DNA from: an uncultured Alphaproteobacteria bacterium
Lineage (GTDB): Bacteria; Pseudomonadota; Alphaproteobacteria; Rs-D84
Direction of reading: 5' to 3'
Length of the DNA stretch: 64,000 bases
NCBI GenBank assembly: GCA_944390835.1
Contig: CALXQT010000010.1
Span: 583 to 64,582, forward strand
Below the pieces are notes generated by a model. It made no database searches. It had not been told where the DNA came from and saw nothing but the letters and a program-made list of their open reading frames with translations. Shown one piece after another: positions 26,566 through 37,001 of this stretch. Made by a program: the position numbers and the translations under genes. Position 1 is the first letter of the stretch; each line of letters opens with the position of its first letter.

Positions 26566-27873
26566 ATGAAAAAACTAGTCTTGTTTGGTCTTTTTTTATT
26601 AGTTAGTTGGTGTCCTAATAACGTTTTTGCTGCATGTAAACCTACTAGCTGTAGCGTTAGTTCTGGGGATGACAGATTAAATGCAGATACTTTGGAAAAC
26701 ACCAGTAAAGCCAGAAAGTCTGCGGCAAGTTGTTACATTTGTGAACCAGATTATTGTGAAGATGGGGATATCGTTTATTTGGGAGATTTTTCAAGATTTA
26801 TGGTTTGCCGACAGTCTCCGGGGTGGATTGGAAATGATCGGTGGGAGACTTATACTCCAGAATACTGTCTTGATGAAACAGATTTAACGGTATCATTTAA
26901 TCGTGGAAACACTGGGTTGGCAAAATATTGGAAAATTGATGGTGTTAAATATGGTGAAACACAGGCGACTAAAAACGCTGCCACTACAACTCAGTCAGGG
27001 CAAAACGTTTGTTTTTATTATGGATGTCCCGATAATTATAAATTCGATGTAGAGGTAAATAAATGTGTTTCTAGTCAGAGCTCTATACCACCAGTAAAGG
27101 AGGAAGATGCCCCAGAAAAACTAAAGACTCCAGCAGCACAAGAAGGCGGAGGTCAGTCGGTATCTACAACTCAATCTTGTGTGGAATCACGCTGTGGCGG
27201 ATTAAGTGGAACGGCTAAAAGTCAATGTATTACGTGTTGTTATGTTTCGTCATCAATTGCTGTATGGAATTCTGCAACAAAAATATGTGAGTGTGCTGAT
27301 AAAAGCCTAACATTTGATCCTGTGAATTTGAGTTGTGAAGCGGCGGTTGTTGAAGAAGAAGTTCAAAATCAAGAACCTTATGAATGTGACCCTGTTAAAA
27401 TAGAACAATTGTCAAGTTGGGTTATAACTTATGCATCAAATAACCAGATTGTTGCTCAAATCAATCAGGTTTTTTCATACTGTGCGGATAATCCAAATTC
27501 CAGAGTTTTTGATACCCAATTTTTGCAAATTAAAAATATAGTAGATCGGGTAATTAGTGATGAAGATGCCAAAGAATTAAATCAGAAACAGATTGCTTGG
27601 CGAGACAGTATATCAAAAGCTGCAGCAGAAATGGATGATATAAAATCTGGTTTAAAACTTACTGTGTGGAAAGACGAAGAGGGAAACTTTAATACTTCAA
27701 GACTGTTATCTGATTCTATCGCGGGTGTTGTGCTGGGTACCGCTGGGGGATTAATAACGAGTAATGTTGTAAAGAAAAACCAAGTTGAAAATGGTTTTGA
27801 AGATATCCAATGCTCTATCGGTGGACAGGTTGTAGCCGGTTGGGGAGACGAGTTCCGCGTCGGTATCCAATAA
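26566..27873 (+). CDS. Cys-rich exported protein with a C-terminal glycine-zipper hydrophobic segment
   Basis: RBS ggagagag. Signal ..NNVFA/AC. More than 25 Cys. SIAGVVLGTAGGLITSNVV segment near the C-terminus. No family recognised. Confidence 0.5.
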   Translation: MKKLVLFGLFLLVSWCPNNVFAACKPTSCSVSSGDDRLNADTLENTSKARKSAASCYICEPDYCEDGDIVYLGDFSRFMVCRQSPGWIGNDRWETYTPEYCLDETDLTVSFNRGNTGLAKYWKIDGVKYGETQATKNAATTTQSGQNVCFYYGCPDNYKFDVEVNKCVSSQSSIPPVKEEDAPEKLKTPAAQEGGGQSVSTTQSCVESRCGGLSGTAKSQCITCCYVSSSIAVWNSATKICECADKSLTFDPVNLSCEAAVVEEEVQNQEPYECDPVKIEQLSSWVITYASNNQIVAQINQVFSYCADNPNSRVFDTQFLQIKNIVDRVISDEDAKELNQKQIAWRDSISKAAAEMDDIKSGLKLTVWKDEEGNFNTSRLLSDSIAGVVLGTAGGLITSNVVKKNQVENGFEDIQCSIGGQVVAGWGDEFRVGIQ

Positions 27874-27891
27874 AACAGATGGGGAAAACGT

Positions 27892-27920
27892 AAAACGCCA
27901 GATGAAAATCTGGCGTTTTT
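27892..27920. terminator. Bidirectional terminator abutting the parE stop
   Basis: aaaacgccaga-tgaaaa-tctggcgtttt hairpin. Confidence 0.85.
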
Positions 27921-29899
27921 TATACAAAAAGGTCTTTAACAAATTGTGCGTGTTCTGTGATGAATTTAAAACGAAATTCTGGTTTCTTTCCCATCAATTC
28001 AGAAACAATTGTGCGTGTTTTTTCTGTGTCTTCTGCACCCTCATCGGTACGTGGGGGCAGGTCAACTCTTATCAATCTTCTAGTCTTGGGTGACATGGTT
28101 GTTTCTTTTAACTGGTTCGGCATCATTTCACCTAGACCCTTAAATCGAGATATTTCTACTTTTTTATTTTTATACTTTGTATTTTTTAGTTCTTCTAATT
28201 CTTCGTCTGTATCAACATATATCGATTCGGTTCCGCAAGTTAATTTATAAAGAGGCGGACAAGATAAATATAGGTGCCCACCATAAATTAATTGCGGCAT
28301 AACCTGATAAAAGAAAGCCATTAATAATGATGCAATATGACTTCCATCAACGTCCGCATCTGTCATGACAATTATTTTTTCATAACGTAATTTACTTTCA
28401 TCCCAATCTTTGGCGGTTCCTGCCCCGATAATATCAATTAACTCATTTAATTCTTTATTCGCACTGAAACGTTCATCAGAATTTGATATAACATTTAGTA
28501 CCTTACCGCGTAATGGCATAATTGCTTGTGTTGCCCGATCTCTCGCTTGTTTTGCGGTACCACCCGCAGATTCCCCCTCAACTATAAATAATTCTGTACC
28601 TTCAACGCCATGTTTAGAGCAATCCGCCAATTTCGCCGGCATTCGAATACGTTTTGTCGGGGTCTTTCGTGCAATTTCTTTTACCTGCTTCGTTTTGATA
28701 CGTGCGTTTGCAAGGTTAATTACAAATTCTAGTATTGCATTCGCTGTCTTTGGATCTGATGCTAAAAATATTTCCCATGGATCGCGCAGTGCATTTTCTG
28801 TAAACCTTGCTATTTCAGGATTAGACAATTTTTCCTTTGTCTGACCTAAAAATTGCGGTGTTTTATAAAATACAGAAACTATCGCAGCAACAGAATCAAA
28901 TACGTCATCGCTTATAATTGAAGAGGCTGCTTTATTGTTTGTCTTTTCACCGTACGCTTTTATCCCGCGGGTAATTGCAGATTTAAAACCTGTTTCATGT
29001 GTTCCACCGTCAATTGTTGCGATTGTATTACAATAGGATGAGAAGAACCCGTCATCTGATGCCGCACCGTTTTCATCGGTTAAAAATGTTAAAGCCCATT
29101 CTACGCGACCAGATTCGTCTGGAAATTCAACTGTGCCGCTAAAAATTTTGGGTAATATACGCGGTTTGTCACGTGTTTTTTCGTCCAGAAAATCTGCAAC
29201 ACCATTAGGATAATAAAATTCCGTTTGAGTCGGTATATTCATATCCTCTGTTAATAATTCTGGGTTACAAATCCAATTAACGTGTACCCCACGTGATAAG
29301 AAAGATTTTGCGCGCGCCATACGATAAATCTTAACAGGTTTAAATATCGCATTTTGTCCGAATATTTCCTCATCAAGGGTAAATCGAACTTTTGTTCCGT
29401 GATTTTTTGTGGGTGCACCTTGGATCATTTTACTTGTTGGTTTCCCACGGGAAAAACTTTGCTGCCATTCATAACCGTCTCGAGATATTGTGACAATCAT
29501 TTCTGATGATAAAGCATTTACAACAGAACTTCCTACACCATGTAGACCACCACTAGTTTTGTAAACATTATTATTAAATTTACCACCAGAATGTAGAGTT
29601 GTTAAAATAACCTCTAGAGCAGATTTTCCAGGAAATTTTGGGTGTTCGTCAACAGGTATTCCACGACCATCGTCGGTTATCTCGATGGTTTTGGCGTCTA
29701 TTAAATTTACTGTTATTTTTTTTGCAAATCCGGCAACTGCTTCGTCAATGGCGTTGTCCAAAATTTCTACAGGCAGGTGATGCCACGCCTTTTCGTCTGT
29801 ACCCCCAATATACATTCCAGGGCGTAGACGTACAGGTTCTAGGCCTTCTAATACCTGAATATCTGATGCGTCATAAGTATGTGTATTTTGTTCTGTCAT
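27920..29899 (-). CDS. parE: Type IIA topoisomerase B subunit, most likely topoisomerase IV ParE
   Basis: GHKL ATPase (LEGLEPVRLRPGMYIGG, DNAIDEA, DDGRGIP, GGLHGVG) and Toprim (EGESAGG, DADVDGSHI). At 659 aa it lacks the insertion that makes Gram-negative GyrB ~800 aa. Confidence 0.75.
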   Translation of the reverse strand: MTEQNTHTYDASDIQVLEGLEPVRLRPGMYIGGTDEKAWHHLPVEILDNAIDEAVAGFAKKITVNLIDAKTIEITDDGRGIPVDEHPKFPGKSALEVILTTLHSGGKFNNNVYKTSGGLHGVGSSVVNALSSEMIVTISRDGYEWQQSFSRGKPTSKMIQGAPTKNHGTKVRFTLDEEIFGQNAIFKPVKIYRMARAKSFLSRGVHVNWICNPELLTEDMNIPTQTEFYYPNGVADFLDEKTRDKPRILPKIFSGTVEFPDESGRVEWALTFLTDENGAASDDGFFSSYCNTIATIDGGTHETGFKSAITRGIKAYGEKTNNKAASSIISDDVFDSVAAIVSVFYKTPQFLGQTKEKLSNPEIARFTENALRDPWEIFLASDPKTANAILEFVINLANARIKTKQVKEIARKTPTKRIRMPAKLADCSKHGVEGTELFIVEGESAGGTAKQARDRATQAIMPLRGKVLNVISNSDERFSANKELNELIDIIGAGTAKDWDESKLRYEKIIVMTDADVDGSHIASLLMAFFYQVMPQLIYGGHLYLSCPPLYKLTCGTESIYVDTDEELEELKNTKYKNKKVEISRFKGLGEMMPNQLKETTMSPKTRRLIRVDLPPRTDEGAEDTEKTRTIVSELMGKKPEFRFKFITEHAQFVKDLFV

Positions 29900-30061
29900 A
29901 GCATAATATTATTAGTACATTTCCAAATATCTTTCAAGTGAAAGAATTCTATCGGCTATACTGTATTAACCAGAAATTATATATTGTTATTTTTATAATC
30001 TTGATTTTTATTACTATAGTAACTATATATTTTGAAGCAAGTTAAGTTATGGGATAAAAAA

Positions 30062-31198
30062 ATGAATAAAAATCCTTATGAAGTTTTAGGTGTTGCTCGG
30101 AATGCCTCGGATGATGATATCAAAAAAGCTTATCATAAATTAGTTATGAAATATCATCCTGATAGAAATCCTGGGAATAAAGATGCCGAAGAAAAGTTTA
30201 AGGAAGTCAATAATGCGTTTGATATTCTAAAAGATCCACAAAAGCGGGCTGCATATGATAGATTTGGAGATGCTGCTTTTGCTGGTGGAAACGCATCTGG
30301 TGCGAACCCTTTCGGCGCAGGTGGTAATCCTTTTGGTAACGGTGCGTTTCATTTTGATATGGGTGGCGGCGCCGGTATGGAAGATATTTTACGTGAGGCA
30401 ATGAGAGGCTTTGGCTTTGATATGGGGGGGGCTACAGGCTCTCGTGGTGCCAAAGCACAGCGAAGAGGGCGTGATTTACTGGACGAGGTAGTTATAGATT
30501 TACGAGATGCTTATTTCGGTAAAGACCATACAGTAAAATTTACAACTAACGTTGAGTGTGAAAAATGTCATGGATTTGGTACCGCGGATGGAAAAGAGGC
30601 CCCAATTTGTTCTAGATGTGGCGGAAGTGGCTATGTTCGTTCTGCTCGTGGTTTTTTTGCTATGGAAACGCCTTGCCCAGATTGTAATGGGCTTGGGCAT
30701 AAAATTGATAAAAAATGTACCGAATGCGATGGTGATGGAACTGTACGCAAGACCAGAACAGTGGATGTAAAAATTCCTGCTGGCATAGAAGATGGTACCC
30801 GTTTGCGTTTGGCTGGCCAAGGAGAAGCAGGACAAAACGGTGCTCCTGCTGGTGATTTTTATTTGGATGTTCATATTAGGCCAGATAAACGTTTTGAGAG
30901 AGACGGATCAGATCTAATAACAAAAGTTGACGTTCCGTTTACTACTTTGGCACTGGGTGGTGAGATAGAAGTAGAAACAATTGATGATAAAAAACTATCT
31001 GTAAAAGTTCCTGCTGGAACACAGGTGGGTGAAAAATTACGCGTGCGTGGTCATGGTATGCCGGGACGGCGCGCAGGTAGTTTTGGAGATTTGTATATAG
31101 ACATTAATATGCCAGTCCCAACAAAATTGACCGAAAAACAAAAAAAGATTTTGACTGAATTTTCAGAAACGAAAAATGCAAAAAAAGGATGGTTTTAA
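30062..31198 (+). CDS. dnaJ: Chaperone DnaJ
   Basis: J-domain with HPD. G/F region. Four CxxCxGxG zinc-finger repeats ([32 protein letters not shown]). Confidence 0.95.
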   Translation: MNKNPYEVLGVARNASDDDIKKAYHKLVMKYHPDRNPGNKDAEEKFKEVNNAFDILKDPQKRAAYDRFGDAAFAGGNASGANPFGAGGNPFGNGAFHFDMGGGAGMEDILREAMRGFGFDMGGATGSRGAKAQRRGRDLLDEVVIDLRDAYFGKDHTVKFTTNVECEKCHGFGTADGKEAPICSRCGGSGYVRSARGFFAMETPCPDCNGLGHKIDKKCTECDGDGTVRKTRTVDVKIPAGIEDGTRLRLAGQGEAGQNGAPAGDFYLDVHIRPDKRFERDGSDLITKVDVPFTTLALGGEIEVETIDDKKLSVKVPAGTQVGEKLRVRGHGMPGRRAGSFGDLYIDINMPVPTKLTEKQKKILTEFSETKNAKKGWF

Positions 31199-31247
31199 AA
31201 TGTGCTATATGCATAAAATCTAGCATAAAGCAGCGTTCTAGAGGTAT

Positions 31248-31278
31248 AAAAAATCCCGATTTTAATCGGGATTTTTTA
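31248..31278. terminator. Bidirectional terminator (dnaJ / pgsA)
   Basis: aaaatcccgat-ttta-atcgggatttt hairpin. Confidence 0.85.
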
Positions 31279-31280
31279 TT

Positions 31281-31916
31281 TTATTTTTTTATCTTTTTTA
31301 ACTTATCAATAAATGTAAATGTATATTGGGTTGCAGACCAAAGAGATGCCACCAATGCCAACCACAAAACGATTATTCCTGCGTATGCCATTATAAAGAA
31401 TGTATATGAAGCAAAGACCGCATAGCTAGGATACATTGCTAATCTTGGCATGCACATCATAAATAATAAAGCGCAGATAGCAATCATTTGAAGAGTGGTT
31501 TTAATTTTTCCCATAGAAAAACGGGCTTTTGGTACAGGCATTTCTATTTTTTGTGTACCAAGAAATTCGCGCAGCCCACTTATATATAGTTCACGCGCAA
31601 TCATTATGATGACAGGTATTATAATCAGCCATACAGGGAAGCCCGGTATAAATGCAGGTAATATTAATGTTAATACGATAGATAACATAATCAATGTATT
31701 AACCACAAGTAACTTGTCCCCAATGTGATCCATTACACCGCCAAGTTTTGTGCATACATTATATTTACGTGCAAGATACCCGTCAAACCAGTCAGATATA
31801 GAACCAAGAACGAATAATATAAAGCTTGTCCAATACCAACCAAACATTAATGTTGGTATAATCGCAAATGCTGCTGCAATGCGAAAAGCAGATAAAAAGT
31901 TAACAAAAAATTTCAT
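31281..31916 (-). CDS. pgsA: CDP-alcohol phosphatidyltransferase (phosphatidylglycerophosphate synthase-like)
   Basis: Signature DWFDGYLARKYNVCTKLGGVMDHIGDKL. Polytopic. 211 aa. Confidence 0.8.
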   Translation of the reverse strand: MKFFVNFLSAFRIAAAFAIIPTLMFGWYWTSFILFVLGSISDWFDGYLARKYNVCTKLGGVMDHIGDKLLVVNTLIMLSIVLTLILPAFIPGFPVWLIIIPVIIMIARELYISGLREFLGTQKIEMPVPKARFSMGKIKTTLQMIAICALLFMMCMPRLAMYPSYAVFASYTFFIMAYAGIIVLWLALVASLWSATQYTFTFIDKLKKIKK

Positions 31917-31953
31917 AATGTTTTCTCCTTAATTATAGTGGCCAATGTTATTA

Positions 31954-33378
31954 TTATATCACTTCAGAATGAAAATGGGCATATATTTTTTTTGCAGCTG
32001 CTTTACCTAAGCCTGGTACGTGGAGCAGTGCATCTAAATTTGCTTCTGTTATGGCTCTAACAGCTCCAAAATGCGTTAGAAGAGCCTTTTTTCTTGTTGG
32101 TCCGATACCTTCTATTTCATCTAATACGGATGTCGTCATACTTTTTGCTCGAATTGTTCTGTGAAAGGTTATTACAAATCTATGCGCCTCGTCGCGAACT
32201 GCCCGTAATAATAAAAATAATCTGGAATCTTTTTTTAAATCCTTGCAGACACTGCCGTCTGGCATAATGAAGTGTTCATCACCGTCTCGAACTTCTCCTT
32301 TTGTAACACCAAGAACAGGAATATCAGGAGCCGTTTTATGTGCTATATTCCATTGCGCAGGTCCCCCATCTACAATTATTAAATCTAACTTAGGACCGTG
32401 ACTGATGGCACGCTTAACAAATTCTTCCATCATGGCGATATCATTTCCTGCCCGTGACGCATCACGTAGTTTAAAATGCCTATACCCAGTTTTTATAAAA
32501 CCTTCTTTTCCAAATGTTATCATGGCACCAACAGGATTTTTTCCGAATAAATGTGAATTATCAAATACGCCAACACAATTTATATTTATACCTAACCAAT
32601 TTTGTAAATCTGTAACGCTGTCTGACCAATTAAAATTTGCGCTATGTGCACGATTCTGGCACATACCGCGATTTGATGTTTGGGTTAAAGCAGCGATTTT
32701 ATCTCGACATTGGGCGGCAGATTCAAAGTCCATTGATTCTGAAAATTTTTTCATTTGTTTTGTTAGATCTGCGATTATTGGTTCGCTGTCGCCAGTCAGA
32801 ATTTTACGAGCAAGTTGAACGCTTTCTGAATATGAAGTTTGCGGTATTGTACAAGGGGCACTACATCTTCCAATTTGATATAATAAGCACGGCCGTGTTC
32901 TGTTTCGCATAAATGTGTCTGTGCATGTTCTCAGTTTACAAACTTTTTGAATCGTTTTTATTGTTTCGTTTAATGCTGACACTGATGGATAAGGACCATA
33001 AACATCTCGCCTTTGTGATATTTTTCCACGAAATTTTAATAATCTTGGGTATTCTGATGTTGTTAAAGCTATCATCGGGTACATTTTCCCGTCGGTTAGC
33101 ATTATATTATATTTAGGCTTAAGCGTTTTTATCAGCTTTTGCTCTAATAGTAAAGCGTCTGACTCTGTAGCTGTTATATCCCAATCAACACGGGCAACCA
33201 ATGTTCGCATAACTTGTTTGTGTGGTTCCAGCTTTGATATGTCTTGATATTGTTTTAAGCGGTTAGATAAATTTTTAGCTTTCCCGACATATAATAGCAT
33301 GCCGTCTGCGTCATACATTTTATATACGCCGGGGGCATTGGGACTATTTTCAATTAAATCAGAAAATTGAATATTCAT
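31954..33378 (-). CDS. uvrC: Excinuclease ABC subunit C (compact, 474 aa)
   Basis: GIY-YIG (PGVYKMY..LYVGKAKNL), UVR motif (..MDFESAAQCRDKIAAL), endonuclease domain and C-terminal (HhH)2 (IEGIGPTRKKALL..VPGLGKAAAKKI). I prefer ATG 33378 over the track start. Confidence 0.85.
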   Translation of the reverse strand: MNIQFSDLIENSPNAPGVYKMYDADGMLLYVGKAKNLSNRLKQYQDISKLEPHKQVMRTLVARVDWDITATESDALLLEQKLIKTLKPKYNIMLTDGKMYPMIALTTSEYPRLLKFRGKISQRRDVYGPYPSVSALNETIKTIQKVCKLRTCTDTFMRNRTRPCLLYQIGRCSAPCTIPQTSYSESVQLARKILTGDSEPIIADLTKQMKKFSESMDFESAAQCRDKIAALTQTSNRGMCQNRAHSANFNWSDSVTDLQNWLGININCVGVFDNSHLFGKNPVGAMITFGKEGFIKTGYRHFKLRDASRAGNDIAMMEEFVKRAISHGPKLDLIIVDGGPAQWNIAHKTAPDIPVLGVTKGEVRDGDEHFIMPDGSVCKDLKKDSRLFLLLRAVRDEAHRFVITFHRTIRAKSMTTSVLDEIEGIGPTRKKALLTHFGAVRAITEANLDALLHVPGLGKAAAKKIYAHFHSEVI

Positions 33379-33429
33379 GCCTTTTATGATAGAATATAAA
33401 AAAATAAATAGCAAATAGAGGTTACAAAT

Positions 33430-33894
33430 ATGAAACAAGAATCAGGACGTTCTATGATAGAAATGATGGGTGTACTGGCAATTATGGGTGTAATTACTGT
33501 TGGTGCAATCGCGGCCATATCCAGTGCGATGAGTATGCAAAAACACAATACGGTTAATGACGAAGTGTTACAAATGGTTACGCAAGTGCGTCAGATGTTT
33601 ACCGAATACGATGATTATTCAAATATAAATAATTCTACAATATTTGGTGCAATTGGTATGTCAAATAAAAACCCATATGGTGGAACTTATGAAATTTCGG
33701 TGAACCCATCAGATACTAGACAATTTGTAATTTCAATTACAGGCTTATCTAAGTCAGATTGTGAATATTTTGTTACAAAAGGATGGGATGGTTCGGTAGG
33801 TTATGAATTGTCTGGGCGTACACAAAGCGGAGCGACAGGTTCTTGTAACAACGCAAACGGTGAAAACGTTGTTCAAATAACATATAGTGAATAA
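33430..33894 (+). CDS. Type IV pilin / pseudopilin-like protein with an atypical cleavage site
   Basis: Short leader MKQESG followed by RSMIEMMGVLAIMGVITVGAIAAI. Gly at -1 and Glu at +5 fit a prepilin peptidase site, but +1 is Arg. Two Cys in the C-terminal region. Confidence 0.65.
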   Translation: MKQESGRSMIEMMGVLAIMGVITVGAIAAISSAMSMQKHNTVNDEVLQMVTQVRQMFTEYDDYSNINNSTIFGAIGMSNKNPYGGTYEISVNPSDTRQFVISITGLSKSDCEYFVTKGWDGSVGYELSGRTQSGATGSCNNANGENVVQITYSE

Positions 33895-33920
33895 ATGACG
33901 CTTTTGTGGGGGTTGATATA

Positions 33921-34889
33921 ATGGCGGAAATGGTAACTGTTTCCAAAACCGAAGAGGGTACGCGATTATTGCGCTGGTTTTTGCGTCGGTATCCGGCTAT
34001 GCCCCAACGTGAATTTTATAAATTATGTAGAGGCGGTCAAATTCGTGTAAATTCTTCAAGAGCACGAGGGCAAGAAATATTGCGTTCTGGTGACGTGGTT
34101 CGCGTTCCTCCCACTTTAAATAGTTATGCAACGCTTCCAACCAAGAAGACAGAAAGTGGAAATCTTTTTTCCTTGTCGGATTTGGAGGCCTTACGTCAAT
34201 GTATAATTCATAATGATGAAGATATTGTTGTTTTTAATAAACCGGCTGGTTTGGCTGTACAGGGGGGGACGGGCATTCGAAAATCTGTGGATAAAATGGC
34301 TGCTGCTCTTTTCCCTTACGATAAAATTTCGCTTGTTCATCGCTTAGATAGAGAAACTAGTGGGGTTTTAGTAGTCGCGAAAAATCAAATTGCGGCGCAA
34401 GAATTATCTGCAGAGTTTCAGTCTAAAACGGCGCATAAAGAATATCTCGCCTTGTTAAATGGTGATGTTAGTCCGCAGCAAGGTGTCATAGATAACTATA
34501 TGGTAAAAGGTCAGGTTTTTAATGACGCTTCTAGGTTAAATAATGGTACTGGTCAGCGACCACAACGTGCGGTAACTCAATATAAAGTGTTGTCGCAAGC
34601 TGGTCATTTGTCTTGGGTTCTTTTTTCTCCGAAAACAGGACGTACGCATCAATTGCGAGTTCATAGTGCATTATGCTTGCACGCGCCTATTGTCGGGGAT
34701 ATTTTGTACGGAACAGATAAAAAGTTGGATGGGGCTATGCGTTCTATGTTAGAAACAAATAACTTGTTTTTATTAGCATATAAATTAACGTTTAGACATC
34801 CGTCTACGGGCAAGATACTTACTTTTCAAGCACCGGTACCGGAGTTTATGCAACCTGTTATAAAATTTTTGGAATTTAAATTACCATAA
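33921..34889 (+). CDS. rluC: RluA-family 23S rRNA pseudouridine synthase (RluC/RluD type) with an S4-like N-terminus
   Basis: HRLDRETSGVLVVAKN catalytic motif and ..GRTHQLRVH... Start is ambiguous (33906 GTG or 33921 ATG). Confidence 0.8.
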   Translation: MAEMVTVSKTEEGTRLLRWFLRRYPAMPQREFYKLCRGGQIRVNSSRARGQEILRSGDVVRVPPTLNSYATLPTKKTESGNLFSLSDLEALRQCIIHNDEDIVVFNKPAGLAVQGGTGIRKSVDKMAAALFPYDKISLVHRLDRETSGVLVVAKNQIAAQELSAEFQSKTAHKEYLALLNGDVSPQQGVIDNYMVKGQVFNDASRLNNGTGQRPQRAVTQYKVLSQAGHLSWVLFSPKTGRTHQLRVHSALCLHAPIVGDILYGTDKKLDGAMRSMLETNNLFLLAYKLTFRHPSTGKILTFQAPVPEFMQPVIKFLEFKLP

Positions 34890-34907
34890 ACAATTACGGT
34901 ATAAAAA

Positions 34908-36989
34908 ATGGTAAAGAAAAAGAAAAAAGAAAAAATTTTTTTCAAAATTATGCGGGTTTTAACCCTGTTCTTTATGGGGTTGATTGTGGCGATTATTGTC
35001 GCGTTGTCTCAGATTAATCTTGAGACTTTACGAGGCGATGTTTTAGCAATTCTACAGGATTCAACTGGGTTGCCCGTAGAAATAGATGGTGCTGTATCAT
35101 GGAAATTATCTTTACGGCCACAGATTGAGTTAAATCAAGTTCGCGTTCCTAATGCGACATGGGCAAAACATAAAAATGCTTTTAGCGCAAAAAAAATAGA
35201 CGTTACATTAGATTTAATTTCTTTGTTTAGATCACGCCCAACAATACAAAATGTAAAAATTTATGATGCTACAATTTGTTTAGAGCAAAATGAAGATGGT
35301 GAGTTTTCCGTTATTTCTAAATTGTATGAAGATACCACAGAAGACCAAAATAAAGATACAGGCAGCAAATCAGATTTTCCGTTTGTTGACCCTGGTTTAG
35401 GGGGGCTAGAAGTTCAAAACCTGGATGTAGATGTGTTGGGGGTTATGTATTCGCTTAATGGTTTTCAGATTAGATACATTCCAAGAAGTGATACCAGAGA
35501 GTATAGTGGTTGGGTAAAATCAAAATCAGATGTATTTCCTTTTATTTTGTCTTTCTCTAAATATAACGAAGAGCGTAAGGTGTACCCCGTACGTATAGCT
35601 TTTGCGACAGGTGGAGACGCATTGATCGCAAATATTGCGCTTGAGGGTACCAGTAAGGCGCCAATAGACTTTATTATTAAAGGAGATATACCAGATGTTG
35701 CAGAAATAGGTAAGGTTTTTGATTTGAATTTAGTAAAAATGCCAACGATGAGTGTAAATATTTCTGGCGGATACGATTGGCAAAAATTAACGCTTCGCAA
35801 TTCATCTATTACTGTCCATAATAATAAACTTGCTTTTTCTGGTGTAATAGATTGGTCTAAAGATTTACCCAACATAACAGCTAAGTTAGAATCAAAGTCT
35901 ATAAATTTGGTGGAGATCTTTCCAGAAGCCTATGATAAAAAATGGGTTCGCCCTGATCGTGAATTAAATGTTTTTCACAATATACCACTATTCGGAGAAT
36001 TTTTTGCAAAGTGCAACTTAGACGTAAAAATTTTATTAAATAATTTTATAGTTTATCGAGAGTTTAATTTACAGGATGTAGATGCGGTAATAAAATTAAA
36101 AAACGGTGATGGCCGAATCGATTTATCTACAGTTATCGCCGGTGGTAAGGTTACAACTGCTGCAGATGTTGTTGTAAATCCAGATGGGCATATGTATATG
36201 AAATTTGGGGGAATAGGACGAGATGTCGTCATAGGAAAAATGCTAAACGAACTACACATAGATAACTTGATTTCTGATTTACCAGTAAATCTTGATATGT
36301 ATGTTGAAGCAGATGGATCAAACTTATCGGAATTAATGCAGACAATGACAGGACCGGTCCAGGTTTATTCTTCTGCTTCTGGTTACGCGCATTCGGCATT
36401 GGTTGCGAATATGTATGGAACAGATTTTCTGACTACTTTACGACACAGCATTCAAGACTTATTCAGATCAGAAAAGAAATATAATCAAATGAAAATTTCT
36501 TGCGCGTCTGTGAATACAAAGATACGAAATGGTTTAATTGAAACCCAACATGGAGTTGCTGTGGAAACGAACGCAATAAATGTACGTTTGGCGGGCAGTT
36601 TAGATTTGGGTAAAGAAAATATAAAATTGTCTTTAATAACGGTGCCTGTGCGAGGGCTAAAACTTTCCTTGACTGGTAATGTTGTTAATTCTATTGAGAT
36701 TACAGGTAATTTAGCAGAACCATCTATTCAAATTAGTGGGGTGGCAATGGCTGGAAAGGTTGCATCAGCAACAGGGCTGGGGCTATTGTTGGCACCGTTT
36801 ACAGGCGGAATAGGCTTGGTCGCAGGTGCAGGTGTTGGTTTGTTGGCAGGAGATTTATTAGAAAATTGGTTGGCAGACGATACTCCTTGTAAAACCGCAA
36901 TAGAACGTGGCGCACCGATACGGCGTGATGATCCAGAATGGATGAGTATACCTGCATTGGATCTGGCAAATAATATATTAAAAAAATAG
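34908..36989 (+). CDS. AsmA-family outer-membrane-biogenesis protein
   Basis: 693 aa. N-terminal TM anchor followed by a long beta-rich periplasmic region and a Gly-rich C-terminus. The architecture is AsmA-like. Confidence 0.65.
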   Translation: MVKKKKKEKIFFKIMRVLTLFFMGLIVAIIVALSQINLETLRGDVLAILQDSTGLPVEIDGAVSWKLSLRPQIELNQVRVPNATWAKHKNAFSAKKIDVTLDLISLFRSRPTIQNVKIYDATICLEQNEDGEFSVISKLYEDTTEDQNKDTGSKSDFPFVDPGLGGLEVQNLDVDVLGVMYSLNGFQIRYIPRSDTREYSGWVKSKSDVFPFILSFSKYNEERKVYPVRIAFATGGDALIANIALEGTSKAPIDFIIKGDIPDVAEIGKVFDLNLVKMPTMSVNISGGYDWQKLTLRNSSITVHNNKLAFSGVIDWSKDLPNITAKLESKSINLVEIFPEAYDKKWVRPDRELNVFHNIPLFGEFFAKCNLDVKILLNNFIVYREFNLQDVDAVIKLKNGDGRIDLSTVIAGGKVTTAADVVVNPDGHMYMKFGGIGRDVVIGKMLNELHIDNLISDLPVNLDMYVEADGSNLSELMQTMTGPVQVYSSASGYAHSALVANMYGTDFLTTLRHSIQDLFRSEKKYNQMKISCASVNTKIRNGLIETQHGVAVETNAINVRLAGSLDLGKENIKLSLITVPVRGLKLSLTGNVVNSIEITGNLAEPSIQISGVAMAGKVASATGLGLLLAPFTGGIGLVAGAGVGLLAGDLLENWLADDTPCKTAIERGAPIRRDDPEWMSIPALDLANNILKK

Positions 36990-37001
36990 GAGGATAGCGT
37001 T

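Noticed and set aside
27920-29899. Calling this gene gyrB.
   Set aside because: At 659 aa it lacks the large insertion of Gram-negative GyrB, and no gyrA, recF or dnaN sits beside it. ParE is more likely, though only a phylogeny can settle the question.
30424-30431. The G8 tract in dnaJ as a phase-variation site, along with the G6-G7 tracts in recJ (755-760) and nrnA.
   Set aside because: These tracts encode Gly-rich motifs (the G/F region, the DHHA1 GGGH motif) of housekeeping genes. Frameshifting there would be deleterious, so they are more likely a codon-usage consequence than a switch.
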